A stretch of 64,000 bases of DNA from positions 248,001 to 312,000 of the forward strand of contig OX597826.1 in NCBI GenBank assembly GCA_951406725.2, given 5' to 3'. Position numbers and translations under genes: made by a program. The notes under the pieces were generated by a model. That model ran no database searches. It saw only the letters and a list, made by a program, of their open reading frames with translations, and was not told where the DNA came from. The DNA comes from Octopus vulgaris. Taxonomy: Eukaryota. Of the stretch, positions 13,247 to 24,930 are shown piece by piece. The stretch's first letter is position 1. Every line of letters begins with the position of its first letter.

Positions 13247-14118
13247 CGAAGTCAGATCAATTAGTATCCGGACTGTTGCCAAATTAACGAGGCTAAAGCA
13301 AGGCAGAGTAAAGCTGCTCGGCAAAAGTTGACGTTGAACTCTGCCGTGCATGTGCATTAAGTTTTAACGTTCTAGCACATTTCCGTTGCTTACAGCAGTG
13401 CTTGGAAGGAACTTGTGTAGCGTGTGATCATCGCAATGACCATGGCAGAGAAAGTTGTCATGGCAATATCTGTTCAGAGGCCTGCGCAACGTTGCAGAAA
13501 GTGTATGGGAAGGAGTGTATAAGCTGCGCACAAGTGTACGAGTGGTTTACACATTTTCAAGATGGCCGAAAAAATGTCGATAATGACGAACGTTCTAGAA
13601 GATTCGCAACCAGCAGAAATGAGAAAACACATCTCAGATGTGCTAGTAGCTGTAAGGCGAAATCGTCGAATCACCATCCGTGAGTTATCGGAAGATGTGC
13701 AGATTATTTACGGTTCAGTTCAGTCCATTATCACTGAAGGTTTGGGTATGAGACGCATGTTTGCCATGTTTGCGTCAAAACTCGGGTTTCAGTTGCACAA
13801 GATCTTTTTGATTGTGTTTAGAACGATGAAAACTTTTTGAAAACTATGCGTAGGCTTCTGAGCAGGTATCGCCAAGATTTTGGCAAAATTGGATTCTGAT
13901 TCACTGCTCAACTTTTTCTATCATGGTCAATGAGACGATCACACGCTACACACCTTCCTTCCAAGCACTACTGTAAAGAGTGGGAGTGAGCTAGAACGTT
14001 AAAACTTAGTGTACATGTACAGAGTAACCCAAGGTCAATCTGTGCCAAGCAGCTACAATCTATATGCATTAGCTTTGTTACATTGACAACAGGCCGGATA
14101 CTTATAGATCAGACCACG
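13247..14118 (+). mobile_element. Internally deleted mariner-like transposon with TIRs and TA target-site duplication
   Basis: TA-cgaagtcagatcaattagtatccgg ... ccggatacttatagatcagaccacg-TA; HTH remnants VYGKECISCAQVYEWF..FQDG and RRITIRELSE..IIYGSVQSII. Confidence 0.85.
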
Positions 14119-14140
14119 TAATACACACATATATATGTAA

Positions 14141-14451
<311 letters not shown>

Positions 14452-14738
14452 ATTTCAACAATTGAGGGTAAAATTAATTAATTATTAATCAATTTCACCA
14501 AGTGTGCAGTATGCAAAGGGACCATTTAAGGCGAATTCAAATTATTACATTATATAAAAGGGCTTAGTAAAATAAATTACTTTGCCGCATACTGAACTCA
14601 TTAGAAATAGCAGCTAAAAAACTTTTTTAAAGCTATTTCTAATACTTAAAGAAAATCTCTCTCATATATAGTGTTTGCTTGATTCAACTCACAAAAGTTT
14701 GGGGGTAAGGACTTAAAAAATCAAATGCTAAGGTTATT

Positions 14739-14790
14739 TGAGAACGTACGTTTCAAGATTAGTCAAAACAACACTTCTATCTTCAGCTCA
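14739..14790 (-). ncRNA. Type I hammerhead ribozyme (mirror copy of 15405-15456)
   Basis: TGAG-CTGAAGA...GAAA-CGTACG-TT^CTCA on the minus strand. Confidence 0.7.
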
Positions 14791-15404
14791 GAAACTCCTT
14801 GGTTTGATTTGGAAACACTGAAAGTAAGAACATACCCTTTCGAAGATCCGCTCGTAACTAACAGTGCCAACAAACCCAAATAAGCAAGTGAAGAATTTCT
14901 GTTCTCCCTTCCACCAGCGTTAAAATCATCAAACGCTGCTTATTTCGGTAAAATGAAGCATTAATTAGAGGAGATTAATTATAATTTCAACAATTGAGGG
15001 TAAATTAATTAATTATTAATCAATTTCACAGTGTTCAGTATGCAAAGGGACCATTTAAGGCGAATTCAAATTATTACATTATATAAAAGGGCTTAGTAAA
15101 ATAAATTACTTTGCCGCATACTTAAATGGTCCCTTTGCATACTGAACACTTGGTGAAATTGATTAATAATTAATTAATTTTACCCTCAATTGTTGAAATT
15201 ATAATTAATCTCCCTCTAATTAATGCTTCGGATTTTACCGAAATAAGCATAGCGTTTGATGATTTTAACCCACGCTGGTGGAAAGGGGAGAACAGAAATT
15301 CTTCACTTGCTTATTTGGGTTTGTTGGCACTGTTAGTTACGAGCGGATCTTCGAAAGGGTATGTTCTTACTTTCAGTGTTTCCAAATCCAAACCAAGGAG
15401 TTTC

Positions 15405-15456
15405 TGAGCTGAAGATAGAAGTGATGTTTTGACTAATCTTGAAACGTACGTTCTCA
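15405..15456 (+). ncRNA. Type I hammerhead ribozyme
   Basis: TGAG-CTGAAGA-tAGA...TCTt-GAAA-CGTACG-TT^CTCA; U-U mismatch at the base of helix II. Confidence 0.7.
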
Positions 15457-15648
15457 AATAACCTTAGCATTTGATTTTTTAATGTCCTTACCCCCAAACT
15501 TTTGTGAGTTGAATCAAGCAAACACTATATATGAGAGAGATTTTCTTTAAGTATTAGAAATAGCTTTAAAAAAGTTTTTTAGCTGCTATTTCTAATGAGT
15601 TCAGTATGCGGCAAAGTAATTTATTTTACTAAGCCCTTTTATATAATG

Positions 15649-15706
<58 letters not shown>

Positions 15707-15777
15707 TATATAAAAGGGCTTAGTAAAATAAATTACTTTGCCGCATACTGAACTCATTAGAAATAGCAGCTAAAAAC

Positions 15778-15817
<40 letters not shown>

Positions 15818-16074
15818 TAATACAAAATGAGACAAGAACGCAAAAATTTCAAATAGACGATACAAAAAACACGGACCGGTCATTCGAAGCCTGTAATCTT
15901 CAGTCAAGAACCGGATCATCCTCGCAATTTCGGCTGATTAATCATGAGATTGCTCCAATCTGGCCAGCTCCAAGGAAAAACTAAGCTACGAGCATTAGAT
16001 TCCTTGGAAAAAGGATCGCATGTATACAAAACGAGGACAGAAAAACGGACGATGTTACACGAATAGCAAACAAG

Positions 16075-16690
16075 TTTATTTTAATATGGCGTAGGACCAC
16101 CTTTGCCAGTAATTACAGCTTGACTTCTACGAGGTATGGACTCTTACAAAATTTGAATTGTTTCCAAAGGAAGGAATTTTTGTCCATTCTTCAGCTAAAA
16201 CAGTCTCCAGTTCCTGTAGTGATGATGCTGGACTCCTTAATTGTTTTTCTAAAATGCACCATAAATGTTCAATAATACTGAGATCTGGGGACTGTGGTGG
16301 CCAGATAAGATGTTCATCTTCACTAGAATGTTCCACGTGCCATTCAGTAACAACTTTAGCTGGGTCCCTATCTGAAAGTTTTGGTTTTCTTCTGGCGTTT
16401 GTTTCGACAGAGAAGTTTTTCCCTCTTTCTCAAAGGCTGTCATTAGTTTCCAGACATTATTTCTTGATACACCAAACATTTCGGCTGTTTAGTTTACGCT
16501 AGCCCCTGCCATACGAGCACCAACAATTTGACCTCTTTGAAAGTCCGATAGATCTGTCATTTTAATGAATTTTAATTTGCTTTTTCTGATGATATCTGAA
16601 AAGAAACAACAATTTTAGTAAAACATATTAAGCAACACTATTAATAAAGAAATAAAAACCATAAAAATAAATCTACTTTTGACAGTTTTA
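16075..16690 (-). mobile_element. Tc1-like transposase remnant, internally deleted
   Basis: WPPQSPDLSIIEHLWCILEK motif (16127..16336) and N-terminal DLSDFQRGQIVGARMAG...MFGVSR. Confidence 0.8.
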
Positions 16691-16711
16691 TAGATATTTC
16701 AAAATTATGAT

Positions 16712-18392
16712 ACTACTAGCAGAGTTACCCGGCGTTGACCGTGTTACATACAATTGAAGAATTAGACTTCTCTGGTATATTTTCTGTAATGAACTGGAAT
16801 ACCTATATTTCGAATTTCCTGAAAATTGCAGATGCGAGTTATTTCCCTCTTTACACACCATAAATAAATTGTAATCGTGCCACATGTATCCCATACTACG
16901 GATTTGTATGCGCATATTCCAAAATTCCAGTCTTATAGAACCTGTTAAAAGGATTTTGCTCCTGAAAAATGGAGGTCATGGAGCTCTAAAATGTGAGAGT
17001 TAAGGCCCCTGTAGGGGGTGGGCATCTTAATGTCAACCAGAGAAGTTGAATTGTTGAGAATCTTTTTAACTTGGGTCTTATATCTATTGTTTGAATTTCT
17101 TTGAAATAGGAAATATATGCTCACTGGGTTTGTAAAAGAGAGCAAAGATACAGGAAACCAAAAGATGAATGATCACAATAAGCAGTCAGCTACAGTACCC
17201 TAGTTGTTACCACTCCTAATGTAGTATTCCTCACCATCCAGGTGATATGCACAGCCGTAAGATGCATTACGAATCTATAGCAACTGGAAGGGCGTGACCC
17301 AACTGAAATAAACAATAACAACTGTGTGACGTGAGGGCTAAGGAGAAATGAAAGTTGGAGTTTGCAAATGACCACTATACTGATACGTAACTTCACAGAA
17401 TAAATTTACAATCTATAAATGTCTTTGAATAACCAGTCATTCATCTGGGAAGGTCTTTAAATCAATGTTACCATCTGGGGTAACCAGTGTGACCCAGTGA
17501 TAATAAAAATAATGAAAGGAGATCTGCAATCAAATAACTTTACTTAACACTTTGCAGCAGAATCAGTGGAGGCAAAGATGCATCTCATATACTTGACAAT
17601 TTATGCACCACATTGCAGAAATCACAATGTAAGTGTATGTCAAAGCAAACTGTTACACTGTTGTACCATTGAATTACAAATAATGCTAATCTTTTATGCT
17701 CGGGTGACCCTACAGCTTCCAAGAGAACAACTGTATTCATCTTTGCTTAGATAAAATGACAAAATTGCGGGTGTTAATTCCCTATGAAGGGGTTTTTATA
17801 ACTTGTAAGAAGATGAAATTTTATAAATATTACTTCATTTGTATCTAATATCTATGGTAAATATTTGATCAACAGCAAAAATATATGAATTGTCATGGGG
17901 TTTATGGCCCTTATGCATAGAATATAATTTCTAAATTTCGTAAAGATCCATTCAGTACTTTTGACTTAGATTTGGATCATAAAAGAAATGACTAAAATTT
18001 GGGAGTTAAGGCCCCCATTAGATGTCTTAGAATCCTCATGTGAAGTGGAAACTTTGAGAATACTTCTTGATGTGTGTTAATTACCCATAGTTGAAATTTT
18101 AACAATATCGAAAATTTAGGAATTTTCATGAGGGTTCTGCCCCCTTTAAGCCATCTGAAATTCAAACCAAACATATTGCATTATACCCGCCCTTATGCAT
18201 TGAATCTAAGTTTCAGATATCATAAGGATCCATCCAGTAATTTTGGTCCATGAAATTGCGTGAAACACACAGCATTACCCTTCTCCCTAGGCTTCGATTT
18301 TGTGTTCCAAATTTCATTATGATCTGTGCAGCAGTTTCCGAATGTATAAGTAATAAACGAACGCATAAAGATGTTGTCTTTGATATAATAGA
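16712..18392. repeat. Possible non-autonomous Helitron-like repeat region
   Basis: End motifs actagcagagttacccggcg (16714) and aaatttcattatgatctgtgcagcagtt...gatataatagat (18309-18393) resemble invertebrate non-autonomous rolling-circle elements; internal continuity unverified. Confidence 0.3.
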
Positions 18393-18418
18393 TATGAATG
18401 TGCACATATACATACATG

Positions 18419-18534
<116 letters not shown>

Positions 18535-18626
18535 ATACACACACACACACACACACACAAAGATAAATTGATAGATACAACTGAGTATATATACGATTGA
18601 TTTCTTTAAGTTTCTGTCTACGAAAT

Positions 18627-18737
<111 letters not shown>

Positions 18738-19095
18738 TCTATATATATACATCTATATATATATACATCTATATATATATATATATATATATACAATAAA
18801 AATGGTAAATAATTTTCCTGTGGTTTTTCATGTAACCAACAATTATTTACCGGTAAATTTCGGTATGTAAATACGACAAAATAATTGTCAAGACCTTTGT
18901 AAGGTTCAGTATATAGTAAAGAAAAATAAGTTGGCTAGCAGCGAGCTGTTTCGCCTCATACCGAAGGAATTAGAAATGGCAGTCAAAGACCGTTTTTTCC
19001 ATTTCTATAAGTGGAGATTCCAAAAACGAAGGCCCTTGCGGCTCACATACACAAAACCGGAGTGGCAAATATACGAATTCAGTCACTTACCGTTA

Positions 19096-19165
19096 ATAGC
19101 GAACACGGTGTTTCTGGATCACAAACATATAAAAAAGGGAGTTTGAATTCCTTCTTCAGCGCTAT
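19096..19165 (-). ncRNA. Type I hammerhead ribozyme of the 555-bp unit
   Basis: ATAGCG-CTGAAGA-aGGA..CAAAC...GTTTG..TCCa-GAAA-CACcGTG-TT^CGCTAT. Confidence 0.8.
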
Positions 19166-19648
19166 ATTCGTTAGCTTTATCAAATGCCACCAGCCCTCAC
19201 TTCTGACCCAGCGACATCAGATAGTGGGGGGAAGTGCGCAGATGCTAAAACCAAGTAACGACTGGGAACGTAAACTTTCCCTCCAAAATTCTGCCATGCG
19301 CGCCTTCTGGGTAATCGTAATGGAATGAGGAATCCACATGGTAATACAATAAAAATGGTAAATAATTTTCCTGTGGTTTTTCATGTAACCAACAATTATT
19401 TACCGGTAAATTTCGGTATGTAAATACGACAAAATAATTGTCAAGACCTTTGTAAGGTTCAGTATATAGTAAAGAAAAATAAGTTGGCTAGCAGCGAGCT
19501 GTTTCGCCTCATACCGAAGGAATTAGAAATGGCAGTCAAAGACCGTTTTTTCCATTTCTATAAGTAGAGATTCCAAAAACGAAGGCCCTTGCGGCTCACA
19601 TACACAAAACCGGAGTGGCAAATATACGAATTCAGTCACTTACCGTTA

Positions 19649-19719
19649 ATAGCGAACACGGTGTTTCTGGATCACAAACATATAAAAAAAGGGAGTTTGA
19701 ATTCCTTCTTCAGCGCTAT
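19649..19719 (-). ncRNA. Type I hammerhead ribozyme of the 555-bp unit
   Basis: Same motif as 19096-19165. Confidence 0.8.
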
Positions 19720-20201
19720 ATTCGTTAGCTTTATCAAATGCCACCAGCCCTCACTTCTGACCCAGCGACATCAGATAGTGGGGGGAAGTGCGCAGATGCT
19801 AAAACCAAGTAACGACTGGGAACGTAAATTTTCCCTCCAAAATTCTGCCATGCGCGCCTTCTGGGTAATCGTAATGGAATGAGGAATCCACATGGTAATA
19901 CAATAAAAATGGTAAATAATTTTCCTGTGGTTTTTCATGTAACCAACAATTATTTACCGGTAAATTTCGGTATGTAAATACGACAAAATAATTGTCAAGA
20001 CCTTTGTAAGGTTCAGTATATAGTAAAGAAAAATAAGTTGGCTAGCAGCGAGCTGTTTCGCCTCATACCGAAGGAATTAGAAATGGCAGTCAAAGACCGT
20101 TTTTTCCATTTCTATAAGTGGAGATTCCAAAACGAAGGCCCTTGCGGCTCACATACACAAAACCGGAGTGGCAAATATACGAATTCAGTCACTTACCGTT
20201 A

Positions 20202-20273
20202 ATAGCGAACACGGTGTTTCTGGATCACAAACATATAAAAAAAGGGGAGTTTGAATTCCTTCTTCAGCGCTAT
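20202..20273 (-). ncRNA. Type I hammerhead ribozyme of the 555-bp unit
   Basis: Same motif as 19096-19165. Confidence 0.8.
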
Positions 20274-20756
20274 ATTCGTTAGCTTTATCAAATGCCACCA
20301 GCCCTCACTTCTGACCCAGCGACATCAGATAGTGGGGGGAAGTGCGCAGATGCTAAAACCAAGTAACGACTGGGAACGTAAATTTTCCCTCCAAAATTCT
20401 GCCATGCGCGCCTTCTGGGTAATCGTAATGGAATGAGGAATCCACATGGTAATACAATAAAAATGGTAAATAATTTTCCTGTGGTTTTTCATGTAACCAA
20501 CAATTATTTACCGGTAAATTTTGGTATGTAAATACGACAAAATAATTGTCAAGACCTTTGTAAGGTTCAGTATATAGTAAAGAAAAATAAGTTGGCTAGC
20601 AGCGAGCTGTTTCGCCTCATACCGAAGGAATTAGAAATGGCAGTCAAAGACCGTTTTTTCCATTTTTATAAGTGGAGATTCCAAAAACGAAGGCCCTTGC
20701 GGCTCACATACACAAAACCGGAGTGGCAAATATACGAATTCAGTCACTTACCGTTA

Positions 20757-20828
20757 ATAGCGAACACGGTGTTTCTGGATCACAAACATATAAAAAAAGG
20801 GGAGTTTGAATTCCTTCTTCAGCGCTAT
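20757..20828 (-). ncRNA. Type I hammerhead ribozyme of the 555-bp unit
   Basis: Same motif as 19096-19165. Confidence 0.8.
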
Positions 20829-21430
20829 ATTCGTTAGCTTTATCAAATGCCACCAGCCCTCACTTCTGACCCAGCGACATCAGATAGTGGGGGGAAGTGC
20901 GCAGTGCTAAAACCAAGTAACGACTGGGAACGTAAATTTTCCCTCCAAAATTCTGCCATGCGCGCCTTCTGGGTAATCGTAATGGAATGAGGAATCCACA
21001 TGGTAATACAATAAAAATGATAAATAATTTTCCTGTGGTTTTTCATGTAACCAACAATTATTTACCGGTAAATTTCGGTATGTAAATACGACAAAATAAT
21101 TGTCAAGACCTTTGTAAGGTTCAGTATATAGTAAAGAAAAATAAGTTGGCTAGCAGCGAGCTGTTTCGCCTCATACCGAAGGAATTAGAAATGGCAGTCA
21201 AAGACCGTTTTTTCCATTTCTATAAGTGGAGATTCCAAAAACGAAGGCCCTTGCGGCTCACATACACAAAACCGGAGTGGCAAATATACGAATTCAGTCA
21301 CTTACCGTTAATAGGGCCTTCGTTTTTGGAATCTCCACTTATAGAAATGGAAAAAACGGTCTTTGACTGCCATTTCTAATTCCTTCGGTATGAGGCGAAA
21401 CAGCTCGCTGCTAGCCAACTTATTTTTCTT

Positions 21431-21514
<84 letters not shown>

Positions 21515-21555
21515 GTATATCTGTAAAATAATATGTGACAATTATTCAATAGCCA

Positions 21556-21618
21556 AGATAAAACTCTGAGTTTCGGAGGCCGAGGTGGAAATTCACAACA
21601 CCCTCTCTTCGGTTATCT
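21556..21618 (-). ncRNA. Type I hammerhead ribozyme, U4C core variant
   Basis: AGATAA-CCGAAGA-GAGG...CCTCc-GAAA-CTCaGAG-TT^TTATCT. Confidence 0.7.
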
Positions 21619-21833
21619 GGCCATCTGAAAAACGCTATGAAAAAAGGTTGCAACACGCAACGAAGATTTTAGGAAAATAAAAATAAGAAATAAGTGGAAA
21701 TTTTACCGGTGAGTGTGTTAAATAATAAGGCACAAAAAGAAAATGACTCTCCCCAGACACAACAGAATATGCTTCAACACACGAACTCATATAAAGAATC
21801 TTGCAAACCAAATCATAGCGTTTTCAGATGGCC

Positions 21834-21896
21834 AGATAACCGAAGAGATGGTGTTGTGGATTTCCACCTCGGCATCCGAAACTCAGAGTTTTATCT
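21834..21896 (+). ncRNA. Type I hammerhead ribozyme, U4C core variant
   Basis: AGATAA-CCGAAGA-GATG...CATCc-GAAA-CTCaGAG-TT^TTATCT. Confidence 0.7.
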
Positions 21897-22088
21897 TGGC
21901 TATTGAATAATTGTCACATTATTTTACAGATAAATTTCCTCTATTTACATAATATTGAGGTCTCTTTCTTTCTTTTGTTATCTTACCGTTTTTTACCAAT
22001 ATATATATATATATAAATATATATTTCGCTTTTTGATTTGGTTTTCAAGATTCTTTATATAAAGATTCTTTATATAAAGTCAAACATA

Positions 22089-22170
<82 letters not shown>

Positions 22171-22171
<1 letters not shown>

Positions 22172-22770
22172 GGAATATATTCACAGACACGACAGAGTTG
22201 GAACTTACATACACTGGAAGCTATGCCAACATTATGGAATAACAACAGAAAAAAGATGGTATAGGCACACACCAGAAAAGGTCACAGAAAACGAGAAAGC
22301 AACCATACTCTGGGATATGCCGATACACACAGATAGAGAAATTAAGGCCAACAGACCAGATATAGTTGTCAGAGATCATGAAGAAAAAAAATGCTTTCTA
22401 ATTGATGTATCAGTACCGGCAGATGACAACGTGTCTCTAAAAGAAATGGAGAAATTCTCAAAATACAAAGACCTGGAAATAGAGGTAACTAGAATGTGGA
22501 ATCTGAAAACAGAAACAATTCCTATCATAGTAGGTGCATTAGGCATGATAAAAAAATATTCAGACAAATACATAACAAAAACACCAGGACTTACAAACAC
22601 ATATAACATACAGAAAATTGCACTACTAGGCACTGCACACATCCTACGCAGAACACTTTCCATACAATAACCATCAGAACATCACAACAAATCACAGCAC
22701 ATACCCAAGGCACACAGAGCTGCGCTCGGTAGTGAAGTGAAAGCACGCTATAAAAATAAAAATAAAACTA

Positions 22771-22773
<3 letters not shown>
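22171..22773 (+). mobile_element. Dong/R4 lineage A 3' fragment (RLE + 3' UTR)
   Basis: ORF 22317..22670 is nearly identical to the C-terminus of 5554..6702; (TAA)n on both sides. Confidence 0.9.
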
Positions 22774-22827
<54 letters not shown>

Positions 22828-22881
22828 GTAAATATGTGACGCAGTCAAAGGAGTATGGATCAATAGCAAGTTCTAAATAAC

Positions 22882-23142
22882 ATCTGCACATTGAAATCTA
22901 GAATACCTGATGTCACCTAATATCCATTGTCATCATTATCACCACCACGCCCTCTACCGACGTCATTGATATGCGGAGCCGGGAGCAATGATAGATGTGG
23001 TGGCGAAGTGGTTGCAGGCAGCGGTGGTGGTGACGCTAGCATTAGCACAATGGCAATGACGTCGGTAGAGGGCGTGGTGGTGATAATGATGACAATGGAT
23101 ATTAGGTGACATCAGGTATTCTAGATTGCAATGTGCAGATGT
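22882..23142. repeat. ~85-bp inverted repeat with ~85-bp spacer (mirror copies at 36714-36972, 50002-50260, 55148-55405)
   Basis: atctgcacattg..tctagaatacctgatgtcacctaatatcc...gacgtcattg versus caatgacgtc...ggatattaggtgacatcaggtattctaga..caatgtgcagat. Confidence 0.85.
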
Positions 23143-23296
23143 TATTGTGTCTGCACTTATTGTTCCACCTGAGTACATTAACTTTAATAGAATGACCTCA
23201 TTACGTGGACGCTCACTCACCTTATGTACATAACTTTAATAACTATACAATCTATGACTTATGTATCACGCAGGCAGACATACAATCACACGCTCG

Positions 23297-23327
<31 letters not shown>

Positions 23328-23708
23328 TTACTCTTTTACTTGTTTCAGTCATTTGACTGCAGCCATGCTGGAGCACCGTCTTTAGTCGAGCAAATCAACC
23401 CCAGGACTTATTCTTTGTAAGCCTAGTACTTATTCTATCTCTTTTCCCGAACCGCTAAGTTACGGGGACGTAAACACACCACCATCAGTTGTCAAGCGAT
23501 GTTGGAGGGTCAAACACAGACACACACACACACACACACATATACGACAGGCTTCTTTCAGTTTCCGTCTACCAAATCCACTCACAAGGCTTTGGTCGGC
23601 CCGAGGCTATAGTGGAAGACTCTTGCCCAAGGTGCCACACAATGGGACTGAACCAGGAACCATGTGGTTGGTAAGCAAGCTACTTACCACACAGCCACTT
23701 CTGTGCCA
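23328..23708 (-). mobile_element. SINE family A
   Basis: Full body with tRNA-like head (tggctgtgtggta; ggttcagtccc). Confidence 0.8.
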
Positions 23709-23993
23709 CATGTTCACATTTTCAGTTCGAAAGCTTCCTGCCTCCATTTAAAAAAAAATTCTTTGTTTCATATACAAAACGGTGCTATTAGTCAACAGAA
23801 AACCAACACTTTCTTGTCACCGCCATCTGTCTCTAGAAAATCACGGTGCAATTAATAATGGTGCATACCAGCGATATATAAATGAGTGTGTGTGTGTGTG
23901 TGTGTTTTGCGTACTTGTATGTATGTGATTGTATATTTGTGTGTACGTGCTTGTGTGTTTGCATGTATTTGTACCTGCATATATGTGATTGTA

Positions 23994-24033
<40 letters not shown>

Positions 24034-24890
24034 CGTACGCGCGAGGTGCCAGGCTTAGTGGTTAGACTATTGAATTCACGATCTTACGATCGGGAGTTCT
24101 ATACGCGGCAGCGCGTTCTTGTTCCATTTTTCTTCCCTTTTTGGTCTTATATGTAAGTACATATTTCTTTAAACTTGGTACGACTCTATAACACTGTCTC
24201 TCTCTCCCCCTCCCCTACATTTCTCTGCTTTTCACACTTTGCACTCCACTTTGATCTGTCTCTTTCTCTCTCTCTCTCTCTCTCTCCCTCTCTTCTCCTC
24301 CTCCTTTGTTCCTTGTTCCCCTTTTTTGTCTCTTCATCTGTCCCTCTTTTCCTCACTCTTCTCCTCAAACGTGACTAACTGACCGACTGCCGGCCTTTTC
24401 ATGGTTAGCAGCCGTCGCGGCAAGACACATGTTTTTCTCTCTTTGCCCCAAGGCATTTTTCTAATGCGCCAGCTCAAAAGTTTACTCGTCCTGTCGAAAA
24501 GACGCCTGTCTGTGACTTCCTGTCTTTGTTATTATTATTATTATCATTATTGTTTTTACGTATTTTTGTATTCTTATTCGTGTAACATCGTCCATTTTCC
24601 CGTCCTTGTTTTGTATATATTCGAGGCTTTTTTCCAAGGAATCTAATGCGCTTGGCTTATATTTTCCTTTGGGGCTGGCCAGGTCGGAGCAATCTCAAGA
24701 TTAATCAGCCGAAATTGCGAGGATGATCCGGTTCTTGACTGAAGCTTGAAGGCTTCGAATGTCCCGTCCGTGTTTTTTGTATCGTCTTCTAAATGTTTTG
24801 CGTTCTTGTCCCAGTTTGTATTTTTTTATATATACATATATACATAGCGACGCCCGTACCCTTTTTGGTCTTATATCTAAGTACATATTT

Positions 24891-24930
<40 letters not shown>

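Larger units (their letters stand above)
14451..15785. mobile_element. PLE pLTR-like ~530-bp unit in partial tandem plus inverted arrangement
   Basis: 14451-14980 unit, restart at 14983-15120, inverted copy 15121-15652, extra stub 15704-15782; (TA)n flanks; one hammerhead per unit. Confidence 0.75.
18791..21437 (-). mobile_element. Tandem array of ~4.5 copies of a 553-555 bp non-coding unit with one hammerhead each, plus terminal inverted stub (retrozyme / PLE pLTR-like)
   Basis: atacaataaaa recurs at 18791, 19344, 19898, 20452 and 21006; 21315-21437 is an inverted copy of ~21126-21250; (TA)n on both sides. Confidence 0.9.
21520..22000 (+). mobile_element. Hammerhead-bearing PLE-like fragment with inverted arm (mirror copy at 51135-51617)
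   Basis: 21520-21640 is inverted relative to 21813-21931; (TA)n flanks. Confidence 0.75.

Noticed and set aside
18791-21314. CRISPR-like array
   Set aside because: Units are wholly identical with no unique spacers; eukaryotic context; no cas genes
18931-21379. Repeated short ORFs ([13 protein letters not shown]..., MNSFFSAIF...) in the 555-bp unit as a tandem gene family
   Set aside because: Mostly non-ATG starts, antisense to the ribozyme strand, frames change with homopolymer length, no recognisable domain
24700-24770. GAAA...CTGAAG in type II hammerhead order (also 15885-15940 minus; a similar pair at 48020-48060)
   Set aside because: I could not build convincing helices I and III; left as unproven
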